DNA of 32,145 bases from Candidatus Parcubacteria bacterium. Lineage in GTDB: Bacteria > Patescibacteriota > Minisyncoccia > Phycocordibacterales > UBA918. The stretch covers positions 1 to 32,145 of the forward strand of contig JBJOPW010000014.1 in assembly GCA_046050355.1 (NCBI GenBank), given 5' to 3'. The notes beneath the pieces are model-generated. The model had not been told where the DNA came from and ran no database searches. It worked only from the letters and a program-made list of their open reading frames with translations. Below, one piece after another: positions 16,512 through 25,762 of this stretch (position 1 is its first letter; every line of letters begins with the position of its first letter). Both the position numbers and the translations under genes were made by a program.

Positions 16512-17213
16512 ATGTCTGAAACTTCATCAAAGCCTCTCATCCTCGGCAGAGCCATCAAGAAGTCATTTGGTAGTGGCGATTTGATCACCCATGTCCTCCG
16601 CGGTATTGATATCACTATTAATGACGGCGAGTTCGTCGCTATTATGGGCAAGTCTGGTGCCGGCAAGTCGACGCTTATGTACCAACTTTCCGTCCTTGAT
16701 GAACCGACGAGTGGCAGTATCGTGGTCGCCGACACCGAAACGACAACTCTCAGCGAAAAAGACCGAACGAACTTTCGTCTTAATACACTCGGGTATGTGT
16801 TCCAAGACTATGCGCTGGTACCCGACCTCTCAGCCGAAGAAAACGTCCTTCTGCCACTCATGATGCGGGGTACTCGTCTTGATGATGCTCGTGATATCGC
16901 ACGTGCCGCCATCGACTCTGTTGGACTCCCAGGCAAGTACAAGAATTTGCCGTCCGAACTCTCTGGTGGTGAGCAACAGCGTATCGCGATAGCCCGCGCA
17001 ATTGCTGGTCGACCAAAGATTCTCTTTGCCGACGAACCAACCGCCAACCTCGACAGTATATCGGGCGAGCAAATCATTGCTCTTCTGACAGCACTTAATC
17101 GTGATCAAGGACAGACCATTGTCATGGTCACCCACGAGCGCGAGTACGCCCAGTCTGCCGACCGCATCATCAATATGGAAGACGGTCGGATTGTCGGTGA
17201 AGACACGCCCTAA
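16512..17213 (+). CDS. ABC transporter ATP-binding protein (MacB/LolD-like)
   Basis: GKSGAGKST, LSGGEQQR, ADEPTANLD, VTHE. Confidence 0.94.
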   Translation: MSETSSKPLILGRAIKKSFGSGDLITHVLRGIDITINDGEFVAIMGKSGAGKSTLMYQLSVLDEPTSGSIVVADTETTTLSEKDRTNFRLNTLGYVFQDYALVPDLSAEENVLLPLMMRGTRLDDARDIARAAIDSVGLPGKYKNLPSELSGGEQQRIAIARAIAGRPKILFADEPTANLDSISGEQIIALLTALNRDQGQTIVMVTHEREYAQSADRIINMEDGRIVGEDTP

Positions 17214-17216
17214 CCA

Positions 17217-17263
17217 CACAAACAAAACCGGCGAGACCTTTGGTCTCGCCGGTTTCGTTTGTG
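17217..17263. terminator. Bidirectional terminator
   Basis: AAACCGGCGAGACC-ttt-GGTCTCGCCGGTTT between convergent genes. Confidence 0.85.
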
Positions 17264-17271
17264 ACTAAGTG

Positions 17272-19326
17272 CTAGCCGATGGCGCTGGTTGGGTCACCCG
17301 CCTTTGCATCCTCATCTCGCTGCTTCTTGTAGATGTCATTGATCGGGACACCTTCGGCTTTGAGGAGCGCTTCGTACTCTTCACGTTCAAGGGTTTCTAC
17401 CTCAGCGAGTCGTACCGAGATATTATCAAGGGCGGCACGATACTTGGTCAAAATATCTTTGGCCTTGGTCATACCCTCCTGCACAATTTTATTAATTTCG
17501 TCGTCAATGGCTTTGGCAATTTGTGGGGAGTAACCACGGTCTTCGGAGAGTCCACCACCAATCAGGCGTCCACCCGTTCCTTCAAAGGCGATTGGGCCTA
17601 GTGTCTCACTCATGCCCCACTTCGTCACCATATCGCGCGCGAGGTTCGCTACGACCTGGAGGTCGTTACTCGGGCCAGTTGTAAGGTCATCAAATACCAT
17701 CTGTTCAGTCACGTAGCCACCGAGAGTCATCGCGATGTCATCAAGGAATTCTTTTTTGCTGTGCATCTTGCGATCTTCGTCAGGGAGCTTCAGGGTATAC
17801 CCAGCCGCCCGACCACGGGAGATAACCGAAATCTTTTGGACCGGATCAGCATATGGCAGCACTGAGGCGACCAGTGCATGCCCTACTTCATGATACGCCG
17901 TCACGAGCTTTTCACGCTTACTCATCACGTGACTCTGTCGCTCTGGACCAAGCATCACCTTTTCAATTGAACGAATAAGGTCAAACTGCCCCACCGTCTT
18001 GCGCGCTTCGCGAGCAGCAAGGATAGCCGCCTCGTTCATGAGTGAGTAAAGCTCAGCCCCCGAGAAGCCTGGAGTGCGTTGCGCAATGATTTCGAGATTT
18101 ACATCATCCTGGAGCTGCTTCTTGCGCGCATGTACCTTGAGGATTTCGACGCGGTCTTTGCGGTCCGGAAGGTCAATGGTGACCCGTCGGTCAAAACGAC
18201 CCGGACGAAGGAGAGCTGGGTCAAGGACGTCAGGACGGTTAGTCGCTGCCATCACAATCACCTTGGCATTTGGTTCAAAGCCATCCATCTCCACGAGGAT
18301 CTGGTTGAGGGTCTGTTCGCGTTCGTCGTTCCCGCCGCCCATACCGGTCCCACGGACACGACCAACGGCATCAATTTCATCCACAAAGATAATCGCCGGT
18401 GCATTCTTCTTCGCCATCTGAAAGAGGTCACGCACACGAGAAGCGCCAACACCGACAAACATCTCCACGAACTCCGAGCCCGAGATACTAAAGAATGGCA
18501 CACCGGCTTCACCCGCAACTGCACGAGCAAGTAGTGTCTTACCGGTACCGGGCGCACCCATCATCATGACCCCTTTTGGAATCTCGGCACCGATATCAAG
18601 AAACTTCTTTGGGTTTTTGAGGAAGTCAACAATTTCTTCGAGCTCTTGCTTCGCTTCTTTGGCACCCGCCACATCTTTGAAGGTCACTTTCTTTGACGTA
18701 TCATTCGGGTCAATCATGCGGGCCTTACTGTTGCCAAACGAGAGCGCTTGCATCCCGGCCCCCTTCACTGAACGAGTGAGGAACCAAATGATGATACCGA
18801 GGAAAAGGAGTGGGAAGAGGAATGGTGCAAACACCGACATCCAGTAGCCAAAGCCAGTCTCGCGCTGGACATCAATAGTGATACCAGCAAGTTGCTCACT
18901 GGTGACACCAAGGTTCGTAAGGGTCTCAGACACCGCGGCGTCGGTCTCACGTTTGGCTTCACCCTCGTTACGGGTTTCGTCTTTGTATGCCACTTCAAGG
19001 AAGGCACCGCGGACAATGATTTCTTTGACCTCACCGGCCTTCACCTGCTCCACTACCTGTGAGAGGGTCAGTTCTTCGGGCTTCTGCTGGTTATCAGCGA
19101 GGTACGAGAAAGCGGCCATGATAAGCACAAGGAAGAGTACAGTCGAGAGGATGTTATTCCAAAAATTGCCGGGACCAACGGGTACCTGTTTGCGGAGATT
19201 ACTCATCTTTTCGCGATTAGTCTTTTTGGCCTTAACATCCGGTTTTTCAGTACTTTCAACTGGAGCAACCGGAGCCTTAGCATTAGTAATTTCTTCGTTT
19301 TTTGGGTCTTTTTCTAAATCAGACAT
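17272..19326 (-). CDS. ftsH: ATP-dependent zinc metalloprotease FtsH
   Basis: Two TMs, [50 protein letters not shown]. Confidence 0.97.
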   Translation of the reverse strand: MSDLEKDPKNEEITNAKAPVAPVESTEKPDVKAKKTNREKMSNLRKQVPVGPGNFWNNILSTVLFLVLIMAAFSYLADNQQKPEELTLSQVVEQVKAGEVKEIIVRGAFLEVAYKDETRNEGEAKRETDAAVSETLTNLGVTSEQLAGITIDVQRETGFGYWMSVFAPFLFPLLFLGIIIWFLTRSVKGAGMQALSFGNSKARMIDPNDTSKKVTFKDVAGAKEAKQELEEIVDFLKNPKKFLDIGAEIPKGVMMMGAPGTGKTLLARAVAGEAGVPFFSISGSEFVEMFVGVGASRVRDLFQMAKKNAPAIIFVDEIDAVGRVRGTGMGGGNDEREQTLNQILVEMDGFEPNAKVIVMAATNRPDVLDPALLRPGRFDRRVTIDLPDRKDRVEILKVHARKKQLQDDVNLEIIAQRTPGFSGAELYSLMNEAAILAAREARKTVGQFDLIRSIEKVMLGPERQSHVMSKREKLVTAYHEVGHALVASVLPYADPVQKISVISRGRAAGYTLKLPDEDRKMHSKKEFLDDIAMTLGGYVTEQMVFDDLTTGPSNDLQVVANLARDMVTKWGMSETLGPIAFEGTGGRLIGGGLSEDRGYSPQIAKAIDDEINKIVQEGMTKAKDILTKYRAALDNISVRLAEVETLEREEYEALLKAEGVPINDIYKKQRDEDAKAGDPTSAIG

Positions 19327-19419
19327 AGTGTCGCCATTATACAGAAAACCCCCCAAATTGCGAGGTAATGTGAAAGGGCGACAGGATTACTTGTCGCCCG
19401 CTTCGATGAGCGCCTCATT

Positions 19420-20325
19420 TTACGCCATCAGCTCATGCCACCACTGCCGTGAACGCTCTATCGCCCGCTCTATCTTTAGAGAATCTTTTTCATACGAAAC
19501 GATAGAGCCATCACCCCAAATGACTGCAGCGTTTTGGTTAGTAGCCAAAAGATGCTCGGCAAAATTTTCGCGGCGTGCATGTCGACGATTGGCGGCATGG
19601 AGGAGTGGTCCGGACATCCGGTGTCGCAAGATCGTATTATTAATAGCGTATTCGAGCAGTGAGGATCGTCGTATCCCTTTGTCCTGATTCATAAGAACAA
19701 GGACGTGTGTCGCGTCCACCGAATCGTACATCGCATCCATCGCATAGGGATACGTCGAGGCACCATCGGCGTAACGCACACCATCAATGTACGCCTTTCG
19801 ACTTACTACTCCTGGAATTGAGATAGAGGCCGCCACCATATCCAGGAATTGTTCGGCACTGGTTGGTGAAAAGAGTCGAGCTTTGGCTGTCGCATACTCC
19901 GAGACTGCTATGAGTAATTGGGTAGGGCTCGTCAATAATTTTTCAAAATCAATCGGCTTACCACTACTCCCTCGCAGCACATGCAAAAAATAATCGATGT
20001 TTACCGTGTTCTTATAATCCCAAGGATGGAGGAACTCTGGTGAACAAGATTCATCTTTGGCCAACGAAGCAATATAGTGGGCACCACCAGACAAAAAATA
20101 CGCGAGGGCGGGCACACCCGAAGAAATACCACTAACCGTAGTGAAGGTCTGCCGGTACCCCAGCTCATCAAATGCAATCAACGCCCCTGCCCCATACACC
20201 CCCTTCATCAAACCTCCCCCACAGATGAGGAGTGGTCGGATATGCTCATGCGGCTCTCCCGCTTCGGCGAGCCGTTTCTTTTCTTTGAGAGCGTCGATGA
20301 CGCTCTGATTACCTTCAAAAATCAT
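19420..20325 (-). CDS. Patatin-like phospholipase
   Basis: GGGLMKG, GISSG nucleophile motif, DGA catalytic Asp motif. Confidence 0.88.
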   Translation of the reverse strand: MIFEGNQSVIDALKEKKRLAEAGEPHEHIRPLLICGGGLMKGVYGAGALIAFDELGYRQTFTTVSGISSGVPALAYFLSGGAHYIASLAKDESCSPEFLHPWDYKNTVNIDYFLHVLRGSSGKPIDFEKLLTSPTQLLIAVSEYATAKARLFSPTSAEQFLDMVAASISIPGVVSRKAYIDGVRYADGASTYPYAMDAMYDSVDATHVLVLMNQDKGIRRSSLLEYAINNTILRHRMSGPLLHAANRRHARRENFAEHLLATNQNAAVIWGDGSIVSYEKDSLKIERAIERSRQWWHELMA

Positions 20326-20380
20326 AGGAAGAGAGATTGCGGTTGTGACTATTTACGACTATAGTATGCCATACATATAT

Positions 20381-20824
20381 ATGAGTTACGCCAATAACAA
20401 ACGGGCCCATTTTGACTTCGACATCCTCGAGACGATTGAGGCGGGTTTGGTATTACTTGGCACCGAAGTGAAGTCTATCCGCAACGGCCGGGTCAAAATC
20501 GATGGGAGCTACATCGTTGTCAAAGACGGCATCGTGCAACTAGTCGGCGCCAACATCCCCGCTTTTCAGCCCAAAAACACCGACAAGTCCTACAACCCGG
20601 ACCGCCCGCGCCAGCTCCTCATAACCCAAAAACAGCTTGAAAAGATTGAACAATTGACCGCCAAGCAAGGTTTGACAGCAGTACCTTTATCATTGTATAA
20701 TAGTGGACGGAATATAAAACTATCTTTTGGTATAGCGAAAGGCAAGAAGAAAGCCGACAAGCGCGAGACTATCAAAGCTCGCGACGTTAAACGAGAGATA
20801 GAACGCACCTTGAAGTCACAATAA
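20381..20824 (+). CDS. smpB: SsrA-binding protein
   Basis: NKRAHFDF, EAGLVLLGTEVKSIR, GKKKADKRE. Confidence 0.96.
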   Translation: MSYANNKRAHFDFDILETIEAGLVLLGTEVKSIRNGRVKIDGSYIVVKDGIVQLVGANIPAFQPKNTDKSYNPDRPRQLLITQKQLEKIEQLTAKQGLTAVPLSLYNSGRNIKLSFGIAKGKKKADKRETIKARDVKREIERTLKSQ

Positions 20825-20890
20825 CTATTTCACTATAGAAAGATGGTAGCCAAACATGGAACCATCCCGACCAGGAAAGACCTGACGGTA

Positions 20891-21076
20891 ATGCAACAAA
20901 AGAAAGGGACGGAATTGTTCAGATCAGTAGAAGAGATGGAAGGGTGGCTCATGGAACTTGCCACTTCTCTTGCCGACCAGTTGAGTGTTGGCGGAATCAA
21001 AATTGACGAGCGGACGGTCTACGAGGCACTGTGTCGCGAATTGACCGTCGGCGACGTCATGAAACTCGCCGGCTAG
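20891..21076 (+). CDS. Orphan small protein (start uncertain)
   Basis: Open frame between smpB and a 3' hairpin; no recognisable motif. Confidence 0.45.
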   Translation: MQQKKGTELFRSVEEMEGWLMELATSLADQLSVGGIKIDERTVYEALCRELTVGDVMKLAG

Positions 21077-21158
21077 CACCGTTGCGAACCCACATCGAGC
21101 AGATGTACGGGTTCGCACCATCTTGCTGTAGTGAAGTAAATCAAAAACGGAGGACAGA

Positions 21159-21428
21159 GTGGCCACAGAAGATCCTGACTACGATGCAGACATCTCCCCG
21201 TCGGTCTTAGGAAAACCGCTGGGTTTTCTCAAACCAAAATCGGCTGCCGATCGGGCGGCAGAGCGGGCGCAGCGTCGAGGTGAACCCCTCCCGCCGCATG
21301 AGCGACCGGGACACATCTGCCAATCGCCGGAAGAAATCCAACGGGCTGGCGCCACCTTCAGGGCATGCACTGCCTTGCGTAATGGCTCCGGTGAACCAGA
21401 CTGGGAACCTCCCGTCACCATGCTCTGA
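21159..21428 (+). CDS. Orphan GC-rich protein with SD-led GTG start
   Basis: GGAGG (21149-21153) 5 nt before GTG; followed by GGGCGGC/GCCGCCC hairpin. Confidence 0.55.
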   Translation: MATEDPDYDADISPSVLGKPLGFLKPKSAADRAAERAQRRGEPLPPHERPGHICQSPEEIQRAGATFRACTALRNGSGEPDWEPPVTML

Positions 21429-21562
21429 GGTCTTGGGCGGCTTGACTGCCGCCCACCTCCCCCACCTTTATTGTGACTGTAATACAATACACGCTCGTGC
21501 GTCATCTGAGTATGAACGCACGGCGTTCCCTCTTTGTACTTAATTGCGATTGAGTAAAAAGA

Positions 21563-21988
21563 GGGGATGCCAGGCATCGACGGAATTGCATCGTCCCCGT
21601 GTGCAGTGCGAGTGCTGCTCGAGATCACTCTGAAAAACTCGAGTACCTGTACGTGCAAAGAATAGCGTACCAAGTCCTTACGCCAACGCGTTTGGATTCG
21701 CTCCCGCTGTAGCGTAACTTACGCACGGTACGTTAAAGGCCTCGCCTCTAACGTACCGAGCCGGACGACGCTCGCTTCCCTCATGTCTCATACGGGAATG
21801 CGGGTGAAATAGCCATGAGGCTCTGACTTTTTATGCCGTTTTCATAAAAAGTTGAATTTCTTAAAACTCGGCGCCTGGTTGTTTTGTCTTCTTTCTAGAC
21901 CAGTCGCTTAAACCAAAAGGAAGTCTACGCACTGTAGACTCACGGTGACATCAATTCTCGGACTGGGGTTCGAATCCCCACATCTCCA
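21563..21988 (+). ncRNA. ssrA: tmRNA
   Basis: 5' GGGGATG pairs with 3' CATCTCC-A including G3-U; T arm TGGGG-TTCGAAT-CCCCA; tag frame 21655-21717 AKNSVPSPYANAFGFAPAVA*; close to smpB. Confidence 0.93.
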
Positions 21989-21992
21989 CATT

Positions 21993-22021
21993 AAGAAAAG
22001 GCCCTAGGGGGGCCTTTTCTT
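21993..22021. terminator. Bidirectional terminator
   Basis: AAGAAAAGGCCC-N5-GGGCCTTTTCTT. Confidence 0.85.
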
Positions 22022-22036
22022 GTATCTTTTCAGGGT

Positions 22037-22438
22037 TTATTTATCCTGCTTCGCAAGAGTGATGAGCTTATCGCGGTGAATCCAGAGGAGGTAGAGGTTA
22101 ATGAGCAACATCACGTTCCCCATGGCGGCGCCAGCAGTGAGGAGACCACCATCGAGCCAGAAGTGGAACCCGACCACATTGAGCGAAATCGGGAGAGCCA
22201 AGAGCGCGCCCACTACCTCGCGGCGAGTCCAGAGGGCATAGATAGCGAAAAGGTGTACCACCGCCATCATATAAAGGATATAGGCAGCGGTGTTGAGTAT
22301 CTCAATAAAGGCAAAAGCTTCGTCAGTATGGTAGAGGTCGCGGGTCGCTGGTGGGAAAATCCCCGTAGCACCAAGGACCGGCATAAGGAGAATCAGACTG
22401 AAGATGACCTTCGCAATGATGTGTAAATATTTTTTCAT
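22037..22438 (-). CDS. DoxX-like membrane protein
   Basis: Four TMs; LPISLNVVGFH motif. Confidence 0.7.
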   Translation of the reverse strand: MKKYLHIIAKVIFSLILLMPVLGATGIFPPATRDLYHTDEAFAFIEILNTAAYILYMMAVVHLFAIYALWTRREVVGALLALPISLNVVGFHFWLDGGLLTAGAAMGNVMLLINLYLLWIHRDKLITLAKQDK

Positions 22439-22448
22439 AGGTGTTGAA

Positions 22449-22850
22449 TTATTTTATTAGTTTAAGTTCTATACTTTCGCTACTTTTATCAAAGATGACT
22501 TTGAAATGTTCAAAGAATCCTTTTTGACCTACTAGTCCATGATGCATCGCTCGCCCAGAAACGTTTGGCATAAAACCAGCTTCGATTGCGTACGGCCAAC
22601 CACCCACTTCGATTTGTATCTTGTGCAAGTAATATACAGACGCTTTACCGCCAACACCAAATACCTCATGGGCTTTCCCTTTGGTAATTTCAATACCCAG
22701 CAGTTCACCAATTTCTGCATGAAATACACAAAGATCTGCGCCCGAATCAACCAAAACTTCGTATCGTACTTTTTTCTCACCACGACAGAGAGTTACTGGT
22801 ATCACTGGTCGAACTACACCTGCACCATACTTCTTGTATGGAAACTTCAT
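22449..22850 (-). CDS. Retropepsin-like aspartyl protease
   Basis: RPVIPV, LVDSGAD, GLVGQKGFF. Confidence 0.85.
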   Translation of the reverse strand: MKFPYKKYGAGVVRPVIPVTLCRGEKKVRYEVLVDSGADLCVFHAEIGELLGIEITKGKAHEVFGVGGKASVYYLHKIQIEVGGWPYAIEAGFMPNVSGRAMHHGLVGQKGFFEHFKVIFDKSSESIELKLIK

Positions 22851-22855
22851 GCTAG

Positions 22856-23044
22856 CTAGCCAATGTAGGCGCTTAAAGTATCGGGAACTCGGGTCAAAAT
22901 TGGCGTCTTGTGACCACCTACATTTGCTTGTTTCATTGCGGTGGCCGCAGTTTTACCACTTCCAACGACGGTTTTTTCATCATCAAGCAGCGCTACCCAA
23001 AGGCCTTTGTACATTTTAAATAAATGTGTCCAATCGTGTGACAT
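22856..23044 (-). CDS. DUF5678-like small protein
   Basis: YKGLWVAL...VVGSG...RVP; promoter TTGACG-N17-TATCCT. Confidence 0.75.
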   Translation of the reverse strand: MSHDWTHLFKMYKGLWVALLDDEKTVVGSGKTAATAMKQANVGGHKTPILTRVPDTLSAYIG

Positions 23045-23153
23045 AGATACATTTAGGATACGCCCACCAGAAGTTATCGTCAATAACAATTTGGGATTAT
23101 TTTGATGTATCGTATGTGCATACATGGAGTTCTCTTGGGTGGCTTACACTGGT

Positions 23154-23636
23154 CTATGACTGCAGCAAAGCTTCGAGTTGATTAAGACCTTGATCAAACC
23201 CTTCCTTCATACCCATCTCCACGAGCGTATTGAGACCTTCGGCACTCGCGGTCGTGAGGACTACCCGTACGAGGGTCTCCTCCCCTTCTTCGGTAAAGGT
23301 AATCTCCCAGTCTGAGCCAGGCAATTCATTGTTGATAGTCCAGTCTTCGTGGGCAAAGGCGTCCTTGGCCTTAAAGGAATCTTCGGGACGGATCTCAGTG
23401 TAGAGATTGATACAGAAGTGGGCATCGCCTTCGGGACCCTGCATCACATAGTGCCAGTGGCCACCATCACGGAATTCAAAATCCTTGGTCACGGCCTTGT
23501 ATGGCGCTGGACCCCACCAGAGGTCGAGGAGTTCGGCGGTGGTGTAGTACGTCCAGACTTTGTGCTTGGGCGCCTTGAAACGGCGCTCGGCAATGAGCTG
23601 GTTTGATTCGGGAATAATAGTATAGATAGTCTTCAT
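23154..23636 (-). CDS. SRPBCC/AHSA1 domain protein
   Basis: ERRFKAPKHKVW...WWGP...GGHWHYVM...GFDQGLNQL. Confidence 0.9.
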   Translation of the reverse strand: MKTIYTIIPESNQLIAERRFKAPKHKVWTYYTTAELLDLWWGPAPYKAVTKDFEFRDGGHWHYVMQGPEGDAHFCINLYTEIRPEDSFKAKDAFAHEDWTINNELPGSDWEITFTEEGEETLVRVVLTTASAEGLNTLVEMGMKEGFDQGLNQLEALLQS

Positions 23637-23646
23637 GGTACGAGGG

Positions 23647-23967
23647 TTATTGTAATAAAGCATCAAGCGCATCAAAGCGTGATTCCCAAATCTTTTGGTA
23701 GTCGGCGAGGGTGCGGGTGGCTACGGCAAGGGCTTTCGGGTTCGCACGAATAATCTGCTGTCTGCCCTGCCGCTTTTTCACAATCAGCCGCGCTGACTCG
23801 AGCACGGTAATATGCTTCGCCACGGCGGCAAAGGTCAGATGCTTGTACGACTCAGCTAGTTCGCCGACCGACTGCGCCTGGCGCAATACCCGACGAAGGA
23901 TATCGCGACGGGTGGCGTCTGCGAGCGAAGCAAAAACTGCATCGACGGTAATGGTATATTCAACCAT
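23647..23967 (-). CDS. ArsR/SmtB family regulator
   Basis: FASLADATRRDIL, SVGELA, KHITVLE, W..RFDAL. Confidence 0.9.
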   Translation of the reverse strand: MVEYTITVDAVFASLADATRRDILRRVLRQAQSVGELAESYKHLTFAAVAKHITVLESARLIVKKRQGRQQIIRANPKALAVATRTLADYQKIWESRFDALDALLQ

Positions 23968-23979
23968 ATGGTTGAATAT
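23956..23979. promoter_or_regulatory. ArsR-type operator over the regulator start codon
   Basis: Perfect 24-bp palindrome ATATTCAACCAT-ATGGTTGAATAT. Confidence 0.8.
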
Positions 23980-24040
23980 TAGCAGAGAGGAAAATACACG
24001 TCAATGGGCCGATGGTATATCTTTTGCTATACTACTCACT

Positions 24041-24394
24041 ATGAAAACATATACCGGTGGCTGCCACTGCCAGAAAGTGCGCTACGAAGTAGATATGGAG
24101 GAATTAGCCGAAGCCATGGCCTGTAACTGCTCTATCTGTAGCAAGCGCGGGTGGTTACTCACCTTTGTACCGTCAACGTCGTTTCGCCTGCTTTCAGGTG
24201 CAGACGAAGTGACCTTGTATCACTTTAATAAGAACAAGATTGATCATATCTTTTGCAAGACCTGTGGGACGGCGTCGTATGGGTCAGGGAGTGATGGCGA
24301 GGGCAATGTCATGATGGCAATCAATGTCCGCTGTCTTGATGATATTGATATCGATGCGATTAAGGTCAATCACGTCGACGGGAAGAATTTCTAG
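24041..24394 (+). CDS. GFA/CENP-V family protein
   Basis: GGCHC, CNCSIC, FCKTCG, INVRCL. Confidence 0.92.
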   Translation: MKTYTGGCHCQKVRYEVDMEELAEAMACNCSICSKRGWLLTFVPSTSFRLLSGADEVTLYHFNKNKIDHIFCKTCGTASYGSGSDGEGNVMMAINVRCLDDIDIDAIKVNHVDGKNF

Positions 24395-24739
24395 CTATTT
24401 GTCTTCCTTCACCCGGCACTTCACCATCTTGGTGATAAGGCTCTTTGGGAGCGGTTTATCATACGGAAAGCGGACACAGCCCTTTGAAGTACTGTAGGGC
24501 GCAAGCTCGGTGGCAAAAGCGTTTATAGCCGATGGGGTCGGATAAAAGCCGAGGTGACCCTTCATCGCGGCGAAGTACACGAGGTCCTTGTTACCAATAA
24601 GCGCCGGCATGCCGTACTTGATGGCTTCGGTAGACTTCGGTGCCGCTGCACTGGTGATAGCATACATTTCTTCGAGCTTCCCTTGTACGTCTTTTCCTTG
24701 CGCTTTGATATAGGCTTTGATTGATGGATACGTTTTCAT
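24395..24739 (-). CDS. DUF1801/YdhG-like protein
   Basis: EAIKYGMP, FAAMKGHLGFYP, SKGCVRFP. Confidence 0.85.
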   Translation of the reverse strand: MKTYPSIKAYIKAQGKDVQGKLEEMYAITSAAAPKSTEAIKYGMPALIGNKDLVYFAAMKGHLGFYPTPSAINAFATELAPYSTSKGCVRFPYDKPLPKSLITKMVKCRVKEDK

Positions 24740-24800
24740 ATCCATAATTATAAAACGGAAAAACAAAAACAGCATTACTTGATGCTGTTTTTGTTTAATT

Positions 24801-24925
24801 ATAAATCTAGCAAATGACTTTAGATTCGAGGCGCCGAGCTGAAATAATGTGAGGCGTATTTTCTATACGATGAACTTTATTTCAGCGAAGGCAACAAAGA
24901 AGATGAGGTTAGTTGGTAGATTTAT
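24801..24925. repeat. Palindromic miniature element (MITE/RPE-like)
   Basis: Terminal IR ATAAATCTA/TAGATTTAT with nested stems GCTGAAATAA/TTATTTCAGC and CGTAT/ATACG. Confidence 0.55.
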
Positions 24926-25170
24926 CCGCGAACCAATTGGACGAGCCAAATAAGAAATACAGCCCCCACCACCGACACCCCGAGACTATAGAGATTGAGT
25001 CCCGTTACTCCCGCTCCACCGAAGAAGCCAAAGAGCCAGCCGCCAACTGATGCACCGACAATACCGACGATAATATTGAGTAATAAACCTTGTGATGCAT
25101 CGGTTTTCATAATCATCGATGCAATCCAGCCTGCTAATCCACCGAGTACGAGCCACGCAATGTATCCCAT
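24922..25170 (-). CDS. GlsB/YeaQ/YmgE family membrane protein
   Basis: WLVLGGLAGWIAS...NIIVGIVGA.VGG...SVVGAV. Confidence 0.92.
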   Translation of the reverse strand: MGYIAWLVLGGLAGWIASMIMKTDASQGLLLNIIVGIVGASVGGWLFGFFGGAGVTGLNLYSLGVSVVGAVFLIWLVQLVRG

Positions 25171-25214
25171 AATGGTTTTGATTTATATAGTAACCTCACG
25201 TAAATTGTATACCT

Positions 25215-25736
25215 CTACCAGTCAGGGCACAATGCCCAGTTACCGACGTCACTCGCTGCGGCAGCACGGGCAACCTCTTTGAAAGTATTGGCGTACGTGT
25301 CGTTTGGCTTGATAGTTAGAGGTGTGGCGAAGCCAGCTTCGATGAGTGTCTCGTTCACAAATACCGTATCTGTCCCCTCACCCACATAGACGTAGCGCAA
25401 GAGGCGGTCGTACTGGTCGCGGTCTTCGGCGTCAGCAACCAGTCGTACGGTCTGATTCTCTACAAGCGTGCGATTGAATTCGGTGGCTTCGTGACTGCCG
25501 CACTCGGGCGCTCCTTCACGCCGCGGCTCGGGAGTATCGATGCCGATATACCGGACCGTCTCCTGGCGGCCTCCCATATTGACGATAATCGTATCACCAT
25601 CAATCACCGACACCACGGTGGCGGTGGTAGTGGTCGCCGGTGGTATGGGTGTCGCGGGAACTAGACCAAATAGCGATACGATAAGCCCGATGAGGGTGGT
25701 GATGAGGTGCATTATGAGACCAGTATCCATAGACAT
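25215..25736 (-). CDS. Thermonuclease (SNase) family protein, membrane-anchored
   Basis: VIDGDT, VRYIGIDTPE, DQYDRLLRYV, G.W. Confidence 0.92.
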   Translation of the reverse strand: MSMDTGLIMHLITTLIGLIVSLFGLVPATPIPPATTTTATVVSVIDGDTIIVNMGGRQETVRYIGIDTPEPRREGAPECGSHEATEFNRTLVENQTVRLVADAEDRDQYDRLLRYVYVGEGTDTVFVNETLIEAGFATPLTIKPNDTYANTFKEVARAAAASDVGNWALCPDW

Positions 25737-25762
25737 GTGTCCTATTATGTCATAATAGAGAG

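Noticed and set aside
21179-21673. 164-aa minus-strand ORF over the tmRNA 5' part
   Set aside because: Antisense to tmRNA and to an SD-led ORF; no recognisable protein features.
23711-24040. Long N-terminal extension of the GFA protein, and similar extensions on malic enzyme, recG, ftsH and smpB in the ORF track
   Set aside because: The extensions run through promoters or opposite-strand genes; downstream ATGs match family starts and -10 spacing.
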